From Thermoplasmata archaeon (GTDB taxonomy: Archaea > Thermoplasmatota > Thermoplasmata > Halarchaeoplasmatales > Halarchaeoplasmataceae), in NCBI GenBank assembly GCA_046538435.1, contig JBKHIX010000002.1, positions 1 to 42,039 on the forward strand: 42,039 bases of DNA. Direction: 5' to 3'. Shown in pieces: positions 27,733-37,814 of this stretch (position 1 is the first letter of the stretch; each line of letters begins with the position of its first letter). The position numbers and the translations under genes were made by a program. The notes below the pieces were generated by a model. The model was not told where the DNA came from. It did no database searches and was given only the letters and a program-made list of their open reading frames with translations.

Positions 27733-28023
27733 CTAATCCATTCTCCTGAGATGCTCTGACCTTGCTATTACCTGTTTCTCTTTTCCTCCAACTTTAACAT
27801 TTACAATGTAAGCCTGGCCTCTTTTACATTCTACATGTCCAGTTTTGCCATGGAATCTCCTATGTGGCTGCCCTTTATGGACACTCGGTTCTATCATTAT
27901 CTTAACTTGTTCTCCTTCGTCAAAGTCCTGGAGGGCTCTATTGACCGGTATCTGCCCTCTTTCTCTAGGCTTTTTGCGGAATATCTTTCTCGTTCCTTGC
28001 CTAGTTCCTTTTGATCTTTTCAT
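27733..28023 (-). CDS. rpl21e: Ribosomal protein eL21 (L21e)
   Basis: 96 aa. MKRSKGTRQGTRKIFRKKPRERG ... HRRFHGKTGHV. Confidence 0.95.
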   Translation of the reverse strand: MKRSKGTRQGTRKIFRKKPRERGQIPVNRALQDFDEGEQVKIMIEPSVHKGQPHRRFHGKTGHVECKRGQAYIVNVKVGGKEKQVIARSEHLRRMD

Positions 28024-28034
28024 GTTATCACTTC

Positions 28035-29273
28035 CTAATATTGATAATCTACATCTATGACATCTAATTCTTCAACTACACAATCCAAGCCAAGCTCTGT
28101 AGACAAGCTCGGCTCGGTTCTTCCTACATCACCATGGATGAACTCCTTTACATAAGTGCCAGCTTCACATTTTAATTTGATGGAAGCTGATTTCTCATCC
28201 ATAGATTCTATTTCGATATTTTTAATTTTTCGCTTCCTAACCTTATCAGCTCTTCTATGAGAGACACGATTAGGAGTGCATTGAGATATCTTCGCTCCCC
28301 TCAATTCTTCGACCACCTTTTTAAGTTTTGCCCCTTTTATAGGTCTTTCGAATGATACTTTTACTCTATAAGATTTATCGACTTGAGTTTGCTTTATGTC
28401 TACAACTCTTGACCTCTCTGTGATATGTAAATTGTCAATATTTACCTTTTCACTTTCATTTACTCTAGATTTTAATTCGTCAAGATCGATATCTCTAATC
28501 AATGGATTAGAAATTTCTATCACAAATGGTCTACCACTCCCAATCATCTTTGCATTTATGTCTTCTCTACCCATCCCATGGAGCGTGTAATCTTCTCCAA
28601 AAATCATCTCCATAAGCTCTTCACCAATAATTTTCTCAACACTAGTGGGGTACATCTTACCCTCGAAATCACAGTGTTCGCATCCTTTACCTCTGCATTT
28701 TTTACATATCCATTCAGTTTGAGGTATCTCTCTTGATAACTTCTTATAACGTCCATACACAAATAATGGTGCGATCTCGACTTCTACAGTGTCAAACCTG
28801 GTATCGATTATGGATTTCACATCAGGCTTTTCAAGATCGACATTTTTTCCAGTTTTATCTAAAACTAATTTTCCTATCTCTCGGTTGAGTTCATGTTTTA
28901 TAGATTCACCTGTGGTTAAGTTCAACTCTGTCCACAGCTGTTCCTCGTTCTCATAGATCTCGGGATCGTTTCTAGAACCTACTAAAAAAGTTTCAAATTC
29001 TATATCATCCAATTCTTCGATAATTATTTCAGAAAATTTATCGAGCTCTTCGAAAATGTTTCCACAGACAGAGCATACCTCAGGTTCCTCTGGAATTTTC
29101 ATCCTATCTTCTTCATCACTGTTTTTCATAGCATAGACTATCTTGAGGCTTTTTCCTCTCTCTTCATTCGTCGTACCGTGACCTAGCTGGGCAAACAATC
29201 TACCCAAACAATGATCACACAGATCTTCTTCGATAGCCTGCTCTGCCTTTTCGAGGAGATCTTCCATGGTCAA
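28035..29273 (-). CDS. pus10: tRNA pseudouridine synthase Pus10 (psi54/55)
   Basis: 412 aa. N-terminal Zn motifs CDHCLGRLFA and CSVCGN, then CKKCRGKGCEHC, and a C-terminal catalytic region ending in YVKEFIHGD. Confidence 0.9.
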   Translation of the reverse strand: MTMEDLLEKAEQAIEEDLCDHCLGRLFAQLGHGTTNEERGKSLKIVYAMKNSDEEDRMKIPEEPEVCSVCGNIFEELDKFSEIIIEELDDIEFETFLVGSRNDPEIYENEEQLWTELNLTTGESIKHELNREIGKLVLDKTGKNVDLEKPDVKSIIDTRFDTVEVEIAPLFVYGRYKKLSREIPQTEWICKKCRGKGCEHCDFEGKMYPTSVEKIIGEELMEMIFGEDYTLHGMGREDINAKMIGSGRPFVIEISNPLIRDIDLDELKSRVNESEKVNIDNLHITERSRVVDIKQTQVDKSYRVKVSFERPIKGAKLKKVVEELRGAKISQCTPNRVSHRRADKVRKRKIKNIEIESMDEKSASIKLKCEAGTYVKEFIHGDVGRTEPSLSTELGLDCVVEELDVIDVDYQY

Positions 29274-29297
29274 ACATATGGGTCTTTTATATAGTTA

Positions 29298-29735
29298 TTA
29301 TGCCCCATTTTTTCCTATATCTCTAGCTAGATTGTGCAATCTCTCTTTAGTAACTAAAAGGAAAGTCACTAGTATTGTGATAAAAGCTGCCTCGACTGCA
29401 AAACCTTGATCTATCATGATTCCCAACAAAAATGTGATAAATAATGCGACAGGTGTAGTTATACCGATAGTATGGATTTCATATTTTAAAAAAGCCAATA
29501 TCAATGCGAAACCACCGAATACAAGAACACCCATATCAAGAAAAGTTATACCCACTTCTGCTGATATAAAGGAAAATAATACACCCGATAGAGAAGTTAG
29601 GGGAAAAGTTCGAACTCCGGCTATTACCTTAGGTTTTTTCTTTTTGTGTTCTCTTTCCAGTCCTATAAGTCCTCCCATCCCGACTGCAAGTAAGGTGTTA
29701 ATTACCAACGCAGTTTCTATGAACTCTATAGCCAT
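29298..29735 (-). CDS. MgtC/SapB-family membrane protein
   Basis: 145 aa, 4 TM. GGLIGLEREHKKKKPKVIAGVRTFPL matches the MgtC GLERE...AGxRT motif. Confidence 0.6.
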   Translation of the reverse strand: MAIEFIETALVINTLLAVGMGGLIGLEREHKKKKPKVIAGVRTFPLTSLSGVLFSFISAEVGITFLDMGVLVFGGFALILAFLKYEIHTIGITTPVALFITFLLGIMIDQGFAVEAAFITILVTFLLVTKERLHNLARDIGKNGA

Positions 29736-29755
29736 CGTTATCTCTTATTCTCATT

Positions 29756-29790
29756 ACTACATTATACTACACTACATTATACTACATTAT
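29756..29790. repeat. 3.5 copies of a 10-bp tandem repeat (ACTACATTAT) in a divergent intergenic region
   Basis: Read directly from the sequence: actacattat-actac-actacattat-actacattat. It lies between the mgtC-like start (29735) and the GNAT start (29860). Confidence 0.9.
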
Positions 29791-29859
29791 ATTTCTTATT
29801 GATTATCTCTCTACTTAACCCCCTAAAAGTTAAAAGTAACAAATTCTAATCAGGATTTG

Positions 29860-30582
29860 ATGAGTAAAAAAGATACTGCATATGAATTTTTGTCAAAATA
29901 CAAACTGAGAAATTCTTATTTGATAGCTAGATTAGAAAATGGAGATATATATCTAGACGACCTAGAAGACCCTAAAGGTATTCTAATAAAAAATGGAGAT
30001 TATATCTCGATGAGAGGTAGTGAAGATGTGTTATTAGAGTTATTAAGAGATATTCCCGATGGAAAATATCATTTTCACTCCATAGATCCCAAATCCTTCA
30101 AAATCGCTAGAAAATACGTTGATGAGATCGACGATAATCCAACATGGATGTTATACAGACCGAAAGAATCTTTTAGTTCACCAAAAAATGAAGTTGACGA
30201 ATTAAATATTGATGATGTTCCTATAATAAATGAACACTGGGGAGCCCGGGATAGTGATTCATCAGAATACATAGAAAGAAGGATTAAGGAAGGTCCTGGC
30301 TATTGTGTACGAAAGGATGATGAATTAGTCGGATGGGTACTCACTCATTATACCACAGATTCAGTCATGTGTTTAGGATTTTTACATGTTAAAGAAGTGT
30401 GGAGACGACATGGTTTCGCTAAAGATCTTACAGAAGCAATATGTCAGGATGCAGAAAAGAAAGATTTAACACCGGTAGTAGATATTTTTCAAGATAATGC
30501 TGCTTCTTTATCATTATCAAAATCTTTAGGGTTCAAAAAAATAGGGGAAAACCATTGGTTTGAAGGTACTATCTCAAAGTAG
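29860..30582 (+). CDS. GNAT-family N-acetyltransferase (FR47-like C-terminal domain)
   Basis: About 240 aa. The C-terminus is LGFLHVKEVWRRHGFAKDLTEAICQDAEKKDLTPVVDIFQDNAASLSLSKSLGFKKIGE. I prefer the ATG at 29860, which has AGGA 4 nt upstream, to the TTG at 29857. Confidence 0.6.
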   Translation: MSKKDTAYEFLSKYKLRNSYLIARLENGDIYLDDLEDPKGILIKNGDYISMRGSEDVLLELLRDIPDGKYHFHSIDPKSFKIARKYVDEIDDNPTWMLYRPKESFSSPKNEVDELNIDDVPIINEHWGARDSDSSEYIERRIKEGPGYCVRKDDELVGWVLTHYTTDSVMCLGFLHVKEVWRRHGFAKDLTEAICQDAEKKDLTPVVDIFQDNAASLSLSKSLGFKKIGENHWFEGTISK

Positions 30583-30641
30583 GTCTAGAGAAGTAAAACA
30601 CGGAAAAGAAATATATAACTTCACTATATGAATCAGAATTG

Positions 30642-32390
30642 ATGAGAATCAGGCAGCCTATCGTCAGTGTACTGGGTCACGTTGATCATGGTAAAACAAC
30701 ATTTTTAGACAGAATAAGAGGTACTACAGTCGCAGATAGAGAAGCAGGAGCGATCACTCAACATATAGGTGCTACAGGCGTGCCGGTCGATGTTCTTAAA
30801 AATGCTTGTTCTGATCTAGGATGTAATATAGATTTTGAACTCCCAGGACTACTTTTTATAGATACTCCTGGTCATCATTCATTTATCAATTTGAGGTCAA
30901 GGGGCGGATCATTAGCTGATATTGCTATTTTGATAGTTGATATAACAGAAGGTTTTATGCCTCAATCTCTAGAGTCGTTAGATATTTTAAAGAGAGAGAA
31001 GACCCCTTTTATTATAGGCGCTAACAAACTTGATAAAATACCTGGATGGAGATCAGAGAATAAACCGTTTATCCGTAACATTCATGATCAATCTGATGAT
31101 GCAAAAATTAGGATGACCGATGCTCTGTACGAAATGATCGGAGATCTGTACGATAAAGGATTCTCATCAGACAGATATGATAAAGTCAATAATTTCAGTA
31201 AGAACATAGCGATCGTCCCTATGAGTGCAAAAACAGGTGAAGGGATGGAAGATATGCTTATGACACTCATCGGTGTTGCTCAAAGATTCTTACAAGATGA
31301 GTTGAAAGTAGTTGAAGGACCTGGACAAGGTACTGTTCTCGAAGTAAAAGAAGAACTGGGACTAGGAACCACATTAGACACCATAATCTATCAGGGTGTA
31401 ATAAATAAAGATGATGAAGTGGTAATCGGAACAAAAAACAAACCCTTAAAAACAAAGATTAAAGCTCTTCTTCAACCAAAGGAAATGGACGAAATTAGGG
31501 ATCCAAGAGAGAGATTCGATGAGGTCAAAAGTGTAGGTGCAGCAGCAGGCGTAAAGATAGTAACGCCAGAAGTCGAAGGTGTTCTTGCTGGGGCTCCTTT
31601 GAAAGTGATTGGGGACAAAACTCCTGATGATGTCATTGAAGAGGTAGCTAAAGAGAGTAAAGCCAGTATAGAGACAGAAGACGAAGGCGTATTGATCAAA
31701 GCTGATGCTATCGGGTCTCTAGAAGGTCTAGCATTTGAATTAGATGAGAAAGATATCCCTATAGTGAGAGCTGATGTTGGAGATGTTTCTCAGAAAGATG
31801 TAATCGGTGCAGAGACTGTAAAGGAGCCTTTATACAAAGCGATTCTTGCCTTCAACGTTGATGTGCTTCCAGATGCGAGAGAAGATATCAAAAAATCAGA
31901 TGTTCAAGTTTTTGAAAATGATGTTGTTTATCGGTTAGTGGAAGATTATGAAGAATGGGCTGAAAATAAACAAGCAGAGATAGAAGAGATGAAAAGAGAA
32001 TCGATCACTCACCCAGGTAAGTTCAGAATACTGGAAGATCATACATTTAGGGTTTCAAAACCTGCTATCGTAGGAGTTAGAGTTCTTGCAGGAAGGATAG
32101 AACCTGATCAGCGCATAATCAATAAAGACGGTAAGAGAGTAGGCACTATCAGGAGCATAAGAGAAGGAGATAAATCACTAGATAGAGCTGAGCAGGGTGA
32201 AGAAGTCGCTGTTGCAATATCAGGACCCACTGTAGGAAGACAGATTCATGAGAGTGATGAACTTTACATAGATATCCCTGAAGGAGACGCACGAAGATTA
32301 AAAGATATCGAACTCACCTTTGATGAAGAAAGGATACTGGATGAAGTGAGAGAGATCAAAAAAGAAGAGAAACCTTTCTGGGGATTATAG
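30642..32390 (+). CDS. infB: Translation initiation factor aIF5B (IF2-type GTPase)
   Basis: RQPIVSVLGHVDHGKTT, DTPGH and NKLD. Length is about 582 aa. I prefer the ATG at 30642 to the adjacent TTG at 30639. Confidence 0.95.
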   Translation: MRIRQPIVSVLGHVDHGKTTFLDRIRGTTVADREAGAITQHIGATGVPVDVLKNACSDLGCNIDFELPGLLFIDTPGHHSFINLRSRGGSLADIAILIVDITEGFMPQSLESLDILKREKTPFIIGANKLDKIPGWRSENKPFIRNIHDQSDDAKIRMTDALYEMIGDLYDKGFSSDRYDKVNNFSKNIAIVPMSAKTGEGMEDMLMTLIGVAQRFLQDELKVVEGPGQGTVLEVKEELGLGTTLDTIIYQGVINKDDEVVIGTKNKPLKTKIKALLQPKEMDEIRDPRERFDEVKSVGAAAGVKIVTPEVEGVLAGAPLKVIGDKTPDDVIEEVAKESKASIETEDEGVLIKADAIGSLEGLAFELDEKDIPIVRADVGDVSQKDVIGAETVKEPLYKAILAFNVDVLPDAREDIKKSDVQVFENDVVYRLVEDYEEWAENKQAEIEEMKRESITHPGKFRILEDHTFRVSKPAIVGVRVLAGRIEPDQRIINKDGKRVGTIRSIREGDKSLDRAEQGEEVAVAISGPTVGRQIHESDELYIDIPEGDARRLKDIELTFDEERILDEVREIKKEEKPFWGL

Positions 32391-35300
32391 ATACTTAATT
32401 TCCTTTCTTAATGCCCATATACCATATCCTACAAAAACAATTGATACTGATATCAATAACCAACTCAATACATCGACTGATCTAATCTTATTTTCTTGAA
32501 TTGTGACTTTTTTCTCTACAGAATCCGAGTCACCATCATCATCGGTGACGATCAATCTGACTTCATGGTCACCATCCGAATCGAACTCATGAGTAACATT
32601 CCTACCATATTTTATAGAACCATCTCCAAAATCCCAAGTCCAGTTCACTATCCGACCGTCCGAGTCCGAGCAGTTTGCGTAGAAATAGAGTACACCGCTG
32701 GTTCTGTCGTTTTTATATTCATAAGTGAAGTCCGCTTTTGGCGGTACATTAGCTACTTCGATTGTTTTATTTATAGTAGATACTGAGCCGTCTTCGTCTA
32801 TAACTTTCAATTCAACAGTATAGGTACCATCGTCAGCATATTCGTGTGTTGTGTTTTGCAAACTAGAAGTTGTTCCATCTCCAAAATTCCACGTCCATTC
32901 AGTAATATGGCCATCTGGATCGGAAGATTTATCCTGAAACATTATTACAGTATTGGTAACTATTTCATTTGGAGTATAGGTAAAATCAGCATCGGGATCA
33001 ATATTCTCAATAAAAATTTCTTGGACTGTGATATTTTCTGCCCCATCATCATCCACAACTGTCAAACTCACTCTGTAATCCCCATTATCAGAATATCTAT
33101 GCTCTGGATTTTTTCGATGAGAAAATTGACCATCTCCAAAATCCCATGTCCAATTAACAATGGTTCCATCGATATCTTTGCTCAGATCCCCAAATTGTAT
33201 TTTATTTCTAATCGTAATATTATTCTGAGGTGTATAGTTAAACTTCGCTGTAGGGAATCCATTATTCACACTTATACTCTTCATTTTGTGTGCAGTAAGT
33301 CCATCATCATCTCTAACAGATAATTTAACCAGAAAATTATCATCCGTGATATAACGGTGAGTAGGATTTTCAACATATGATTTGTTACCATCTCCAAAAT
33401 CCCACGTCCAGTTCACTATTCGACCGTCAGAATCAAAACTCTTATCGATAAATTTTACAAAATCACCACTCCTTACTGTAGTCCGGTTAGTTGTAAAATT
33501 CGCTGTAGGAAGTTCGTTGGAAACGTAAATACTTTTACTGATATTTCTTTTCATACCAAAATCATCTGTCACTTCTAATTGTACCTTATATTGTCCATTA
33601 TCGTAATAGCTATGAGTTGTATTTTTCTCATAAGAAGTGTTTCCATCTCCGAAATCCCACGTCCAGTTTACTATCTTTCCATCAGGATCATAGCTTTCAT
33701 CATAAAAATGAACTGTATCCGATGTAGTAAGGTCATTGGGTTCAAAACTGAAATTTGACACCGGTAAAAGGGTTCCATTTAATTTTACATGATCTATAAC
33801 CCATCCAAAATCGTCACTATCTGTATGGTCTGTTCCCATAACAAATCTAAATTTAAACTCATCTTTACAAGAAGATCTGTTGATGATGAATTCATCTGAA
33901 GTCCAGTTTTCTTCACCTGTGAACGCATACTCACCTTCCAACTCATTACCATGACCATATTCTATAACTCCATCATATCCATTCTCCGGTCCAATGGTCT
34001 GCCATCCACCTTGAGTTTTGATTTGAACTATACCTCCGTCCCTATCTTTTTCGAAATCATATTTATGAAAAAGAGATAATCTAGCCACATCCAAACCACT
34101 CAGATTTGTTGCTGGAGAAATCAATACTTCATACCACCCTGTCCCATAACCCCCATCTCCGCAGACCCATGAGTTGTTGGAAGAAATATTTTGCATGTCT
34201 TTTAACTCCCAATTAGCTGTAGCATTCCACCCTATATTTCCCGATTTAAAATCATCTAGAGTACTTGTTCTAAATTTGTAAAGCTCACCACTGTTATTGT
34301 CAATCAGCCTATTACCGACTTTGTCTTCACAAATAATCTCATATGAATAGGCACTGCCTGGTTTAAGATTTTCAATATTAAATGTATGATTGGTTACCAA
34401 GTTTTCTGACTTTATATTTTTATCTAAAAGTCTGTTTTTACCATACTTTAATTCAGCGGTACATCGTTCATCAGTTTCCACTGTTATCCTTGTCCCAAAT
34501 TCAGACTCTATATTTTTATTGATAATATTTGGTGGTGAGCCATCCACGAAGGCAGTCTCTTCTTTGACTTCAGATTCTCCAGAACCAATATCTTCGTCAT
34601 AATATTTCACTATTATATCATCGCCATCACTTACTTGAAGGTCCCCTTTTCCTGCTTCATCGGATAATTTTATCGATCCTGTATAAACTCCTGAATCTAT
34701 TTTATTCAAATGAACTGTTTTTTCATCAGTCTCTGTATCACTAGAAATATTCACAGGAACTGTATCACTTGTTAAATCACGATCTTTCACTGTGATATTA
34801 ACCGTGCCTTCAGTACTGTATATATTTTTTTCAATATTCACAGTTCCGTCTGAAGAGATATTGTCCGCATTATACATCATGAGAGCATAATCTTGATTAG
34901 CAAACCCGTCGTTGTTTGCATCAGCTGGAATATGTTCCCCTGTCACTTTAACTGTATATCTTCCTCTCTGCACTTCCTGTGAAGGGATAAATATGTTTTC
35001 GACAACATTAGTATCATCATATCCATCACCAGCGCGGTCAAAATCTTGAATAGTGTTTTTCCCTGGTTGAGTGTATCCATTTTCAAAGGCATTCCCAAGG
35101 TATGTATCTCCGTTTGGTGCTGTTACCTCCAGATTCAAATCATTTTTAATAGCAGGATCGTCTCCACTCTGAGCTCTCTGAGCTTCTTTATCCGTCCAAC
35201 TTAAGGTCAATTTCAAAGGTTTATCTGGATCGTGATATCCTATATTAAATTCATCTGTCTGACCCGTTTCAAGTAAGGACTCCTGGTCAAAGGTCAAAAC

Positions 35301-37220
35301 TTTGGTTCCAGGATCACATATCGTTGTTAGATTTATCAACCCCCAACCTTCGTACCTATTAGGGATATGATCGATAGAACTATCTCCGTTATGATCCGTT
35401 TGAAGGTCATCTGCTGAATTGATCATCATCGATTTGACCATGGCTGGGCTAGGGCGTGTACCATACTCTTCTTCAAAATATTCTACTATAACAGCAGCAG
35501 AACCCGCTCCAGCAGGTGTTGATTGTGAAGTCCCAGTACTCCATTCGTACCTATGGTCTTCTGAATACAAACCTGCTAAGTTAGTTCCACTATCTTCCGG
35601 TGAACTTGTAGACAATATAGCTTCACCCGGAGCAATTACTGTCGGTTTAACTCTATTGTCAGTTGTCCATCCTTTAGAGCTTTTGTTAAACATTTTATAA
35701 GGATCATCTGGGCCTTTCCCCCCATAACCATAGCTACCTGCATCCGGCATGTAATTTTCAGTCGCACCAACTGTGATTACATTTTTACCGTTACCTGGAC
35801 TGGCTATAGTATTGAAACCATTATTCCCTTCATTTCCAGCAGAAACCACAACTATCATAGGTTGGTTACCTATACTTTGGCTGTCAGAATCTCTCACACC
35901 TTTATCATAATCAGAATCTCTGTAATCGTACTCTCCATTTCCATTTTCTTCTCCCCAGGAATTCGAATGAATGTAAACATCACCTTCTCTTTTCGCATCT
36001 TCAAGAATACTGTATATATCATTCTCTGGGCCTATCCATCCACCATTATCAGAAAATATCTTCTGGGCAAATAAATCTGAATCATACGCTAAACCTTGAG
36101 CAAGATAAAATGGTCCATGACCAGCATAAGTTAAATTGTTACCATGATAAGTATTTCCTGCAGCTATACCAGTTACATGAGTTCCATGACCGTGGCCATC
36201 GCTCCAATCGTTTCCAACATCAGAATAATGAATTCCTCCGGTTACTCTACCTGTAAAGTCATTGACACCTGCATCACCTGGCTCTCCATTGCCTATACCC
36301 GTATCAGCGATCCCTATTGTTACGTTCTTGCCAGTATATCCGATTTGATTCACAAAAGCACCAAAATCACCATTACCTCTGTAAGGGGTCGATGGATTGG
36401 TCGGACCCCAATACCCACCAACGATCTGAGATTGGAGCTCACTTTTCAGTTCGTTGGGCTTATAACTAGTGATAGAATAAACATCGTTCCTCTCTGCTAT
36501 TTTCTGAATATAATCTTTATCTGAAATTTGAGCTCGGATCTCACACCCATTATCATTATTTGATCTTGACAGTATTTTCATCTGGCTGTTCTGCAATCCT
36601 GAAATTTCATCTAAATCTTGTAGAAAATTAATCCTGACTCTTCCAGGTTTGATATCTTCATCCATCTTAAAAATAGAACCATAACGCAGTAGATCATCCA
36701 CAAAAAACAAATCTTTTACTTTTTTCATTTCGTTATAATCCATCCTTACCAGATATGCATAATTTGGAATGTAATTTAGTACATCAACACCATATTCACT
36801 CAATTTACTCCTCCAATCTGGATTCACAGGTCCGATCATATGGACTAGGAATAAACTTTTTCCATTGTTTCCTTTTTTTTCAAAATCTTTCACCACAAAT
36901 TCTCTCAGATCTCGCTTAATATCATACCTCTCCCCATTTATATACAGTGAACCTCTTTCTTCCAACTGGTTGATTTGGAATCCTTTTTCTTCTAATGATT
37001 TTATTTCATCCTGATTCACTTTTACAAGAGTATAGCGGTTATAGGAATCAATTATATCGATATCTAATTTTTTCAATCTTTCTTTATCCGATTCTTCCTG
37101 CGCAACCACCAAAATAACATTTTGTTCATGATCACCCGAGCTTAACACAACTCCAGTTAAAATCGATAAGAGTAAAATCAAAGATATAAATAAACTGAAA
37201 AACTTCTTATTTTTACACAT
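32385..37220 (-). CDS. Giant membrane-anchored subtilisin-like (S8) serine protease with P-domain-like, beta-sandwich and 5 PKD modules
   Basis: 1611 aa.
- N-terminal signal/anchor: KKFFSLFISLILLLSILTGVVLSSG.
- Two propeptide-like alpha/beta repeats.
- S8 triad contexts: TIGIADTGIG (D306), HGHGTHVTGIAAG (H345) and GTSQSTPAGAG (S565).
- Five VNWTWDFGDG PKD cores.
- C-terminal helix: LSWLLISVSIVFVGYGIWAL followed by RKEIKYL. Confidence 0.9.
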   Translation of the reverse strand: MCKNKKFFSLFISLILLLSILTGVVLSSGDHEQNVILVVAQEESDKERLKKLDIDIIDSYNRYTLVKVNQDEIKSLEEKGFQINQLEERGSLYINGERYDIKRDLREFVVKDFEKKGNNGKSLFLVHMIGPVNPDWRSKLSEYGVDVLNYIPNYAYLVRMDYNEMKKVKDLFFVDDLLRYGSIFKMDEDIKPGRVRINFLQDLDEISGLQNSQMKILSRSNNDNGCEIRAQISDKDYIQKIAERNDVYSITSYKPNELKSELQSQIVGGYWGPTNPSTPYRGNGDFGAFVNQIGYTGKNVTIGIADTGIGNGEPGDAGVNDFTGRVTGGIHYSDVGNDWSDGHGHGTHVTGIAAGNTYHGNNLTYAGHGPFYLAQGLAYDSDLFAQKIFSDNGGWIGPENDIYSILEDAKREGDVYIHSNSWGEENGNGEYDYRDSDYDKGVRDSDSQSIGNQPMIVVVSAGNEGNNGFNTIASPGNGKNVITVGATENYMPDAGSYGYGGKGPDDPYKMFNKSSKGWTTDNRVKPTVIAPGEAILSTSSPEDSGTNLAGLYSEDHRYEWSTGTSQSTPAGAGSAAVIVEYFEEEYGTRPSPAMVKSMMINSADDLQTDHNGDSSIDHIPNRYEGWGLINLTTICDPGTKVLTFDQESLLETGQTDEFNIGYHDPDKPLKLTLSWTDKEAQRAQSGDDPAIKNDLNLEVTAPNGDTYLGNAFENGYTQPGKNTIQDFDRAGDGYDDTNVVENIFIPSQEVQRGRYTVKVTGEHIPADANNDGFANQDYALMMYNADNISSDGTVNIEKNIYSTEGTVNITVKDRDLTSDTVPVNISSDTETDEKTVHLNKIDSGVYTGSIKLSDEAGKGDLQVSDGDDIIVKYYDEDIGSGESEVKEETAFVDGSPPNIINKNIESEFGTRITVETDERCTAELKYGKNRLLDKNIKSENLVTNHTFNIENLKPGSAYSYEIICEDKVGNRLIDNNSGELYKFRTSTLDDFKSGNIGWNATANWELKDMQNISSNNSWVCGDGGYGTGWYEVLISPATNLSGLDVARLSLFHKYDFEKDRDGGIVQIKTQGGWQTIGPENGYDGVIEYGHGNELEGEYAFTGEENWTSDEFIINRSSCKDEFKFRFVMGTDHTDSDDFGWVIDHVKLNGTLLPVSNFSFEPNDLTTSDTVHFYDESYDPDGKIVNWTWDFGDGNTSYEKNTTHSYYDNGQYKVQLEVTDDFGMKRNISKSIYVSNELPTANFTTNRTTVRSGDFVKFIDKSFDSDGRIVNWTWDFGDGNKSYVENPTHRYITDDNFLVKLSVRDDDGLTAHKMKSISVNNGFPTAKFNYTPQNNITIRNKIQFGDLSKDIDGTIVNWTWDFGDGQFSHRKNPEHRYSDNGDYRVSLTVVDDDGAENITVQEIFIENIDPDADFTYTPNEIVTNTVIMFQDKSSDPDGHITEWTWNFGDGTTSSLQNTTHEYADDGTYTVELKVIDEDGSVSTINKTIEVANVPPKADFTYEYKNDRTSGVLYFYANCSDSDGRIVNWTWDFGDGSIKYGRNVTHEFDSDGDHEVRLIVTDDDGDSDSVEKKVTIQENKIRSVDVLSWLLISVSIVFVGYGIWALRKEIKYL
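32496..33767 (-). repeat. Array of five PKD-domain coding repeats (period about 255 nt) inside the protease gene
   Basis: Recurrent DNA cores, listed as plus-strand text:
- catctccaaaatcccaagtccagttcac, near 32621
- ccatctccaaaattccacgtccattc, near 32874
- catctccaaaatcccatgtccaattaac, near 33131
- ccatctccaaaatcccacgtccagttcac, near 33388
- ccatctccgaaatcccacgtccagtttac, near 33642. Confidence 0.85.
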
Positions 37221-37265
37221 ATCTTATATCATCTTAATATATCCTCATTCACTACTTATACATTT

Positions 37266-37814
37266 TTATATATTTCTAAGAAGGTCAGCTTTAGATATTA
37301 TACCTACTATGTCTCCTTTATCAGATACTATAACACTTGGATAGTACTTAAGGGCATCTTTAACCAGGTCGATATCTGAAGATATATCTATTATAGGGAA
37401 GCTCTCATCCATGATAGTTTTAACCTTTTGGTTTCGTTTAATATCGTCAAAATTATGGAGTAAACATCTTTCACTTATTGAACCTAAGATGGTTCCATCC
37501 TCTATTATAGGCATCTGAGATATCGCATTATCCCTCATAAGATTTAGAGCCTTTTCTACAGTATCACCTGGCCTTACATAAATTATATTTTTATTGCAAA
37601 TATCAATCAGGTCACCGTCATCGATCTCATCACTCAAAATATCTTCCAGCACATCCAAAATCTTTCGACCTTTTTCATAGGAAGGTATCAAGGTGCCATT
37701 CTCAACTTTAGCTATCAAGGATTGACTAACGTTAGCTCTATCTGCTAGTTCAGCTTGAGTTAATCCTAGTTTGGTCCGGATCTCCTTTACCTTAGTTATA
37801 TCTTTTATCATCAC
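37266..37814 (-). CDS. XRE-type HTH + CBS-pair transcriptional regulator
   Basis: 182 aa. HTH segment IRTKLGLTQAELADRANVSQSLIAKVENG. It is followed by two CBS motifs (IIYVRPGDTVEKALNLMRDNAISQMPIIEDGTILGSIS; ...YPSVIVSDKGDIVGIISKADLL). Confidence 0.85.
   Translation of the reverse strand: MMIKDITKVKEIRTKLGLTQAELADRANVSQSLIAKVENGTLIPSYEKGRKILDVLEDILSDEIDDGDLIDICNKNIIYVRPGDTVEKALNLMRDNAISQMPIIEDGTILGSISERCLLHNFDDIKRNQKVKTIMDESFPIIDISSDIDLVKDALKYYPSVIVSDKGDIVGIISKADLLRNI

Noticed and set aside
32496-33767. Regularly spaced ~28-nt repeats that could be mistaken for a CRISPR array.
   Set aside because: The period of about 255 nt is far too long. The repeats are in-frame inside a continuous ORF and encode the WTWDFGDG core of PKD domains.
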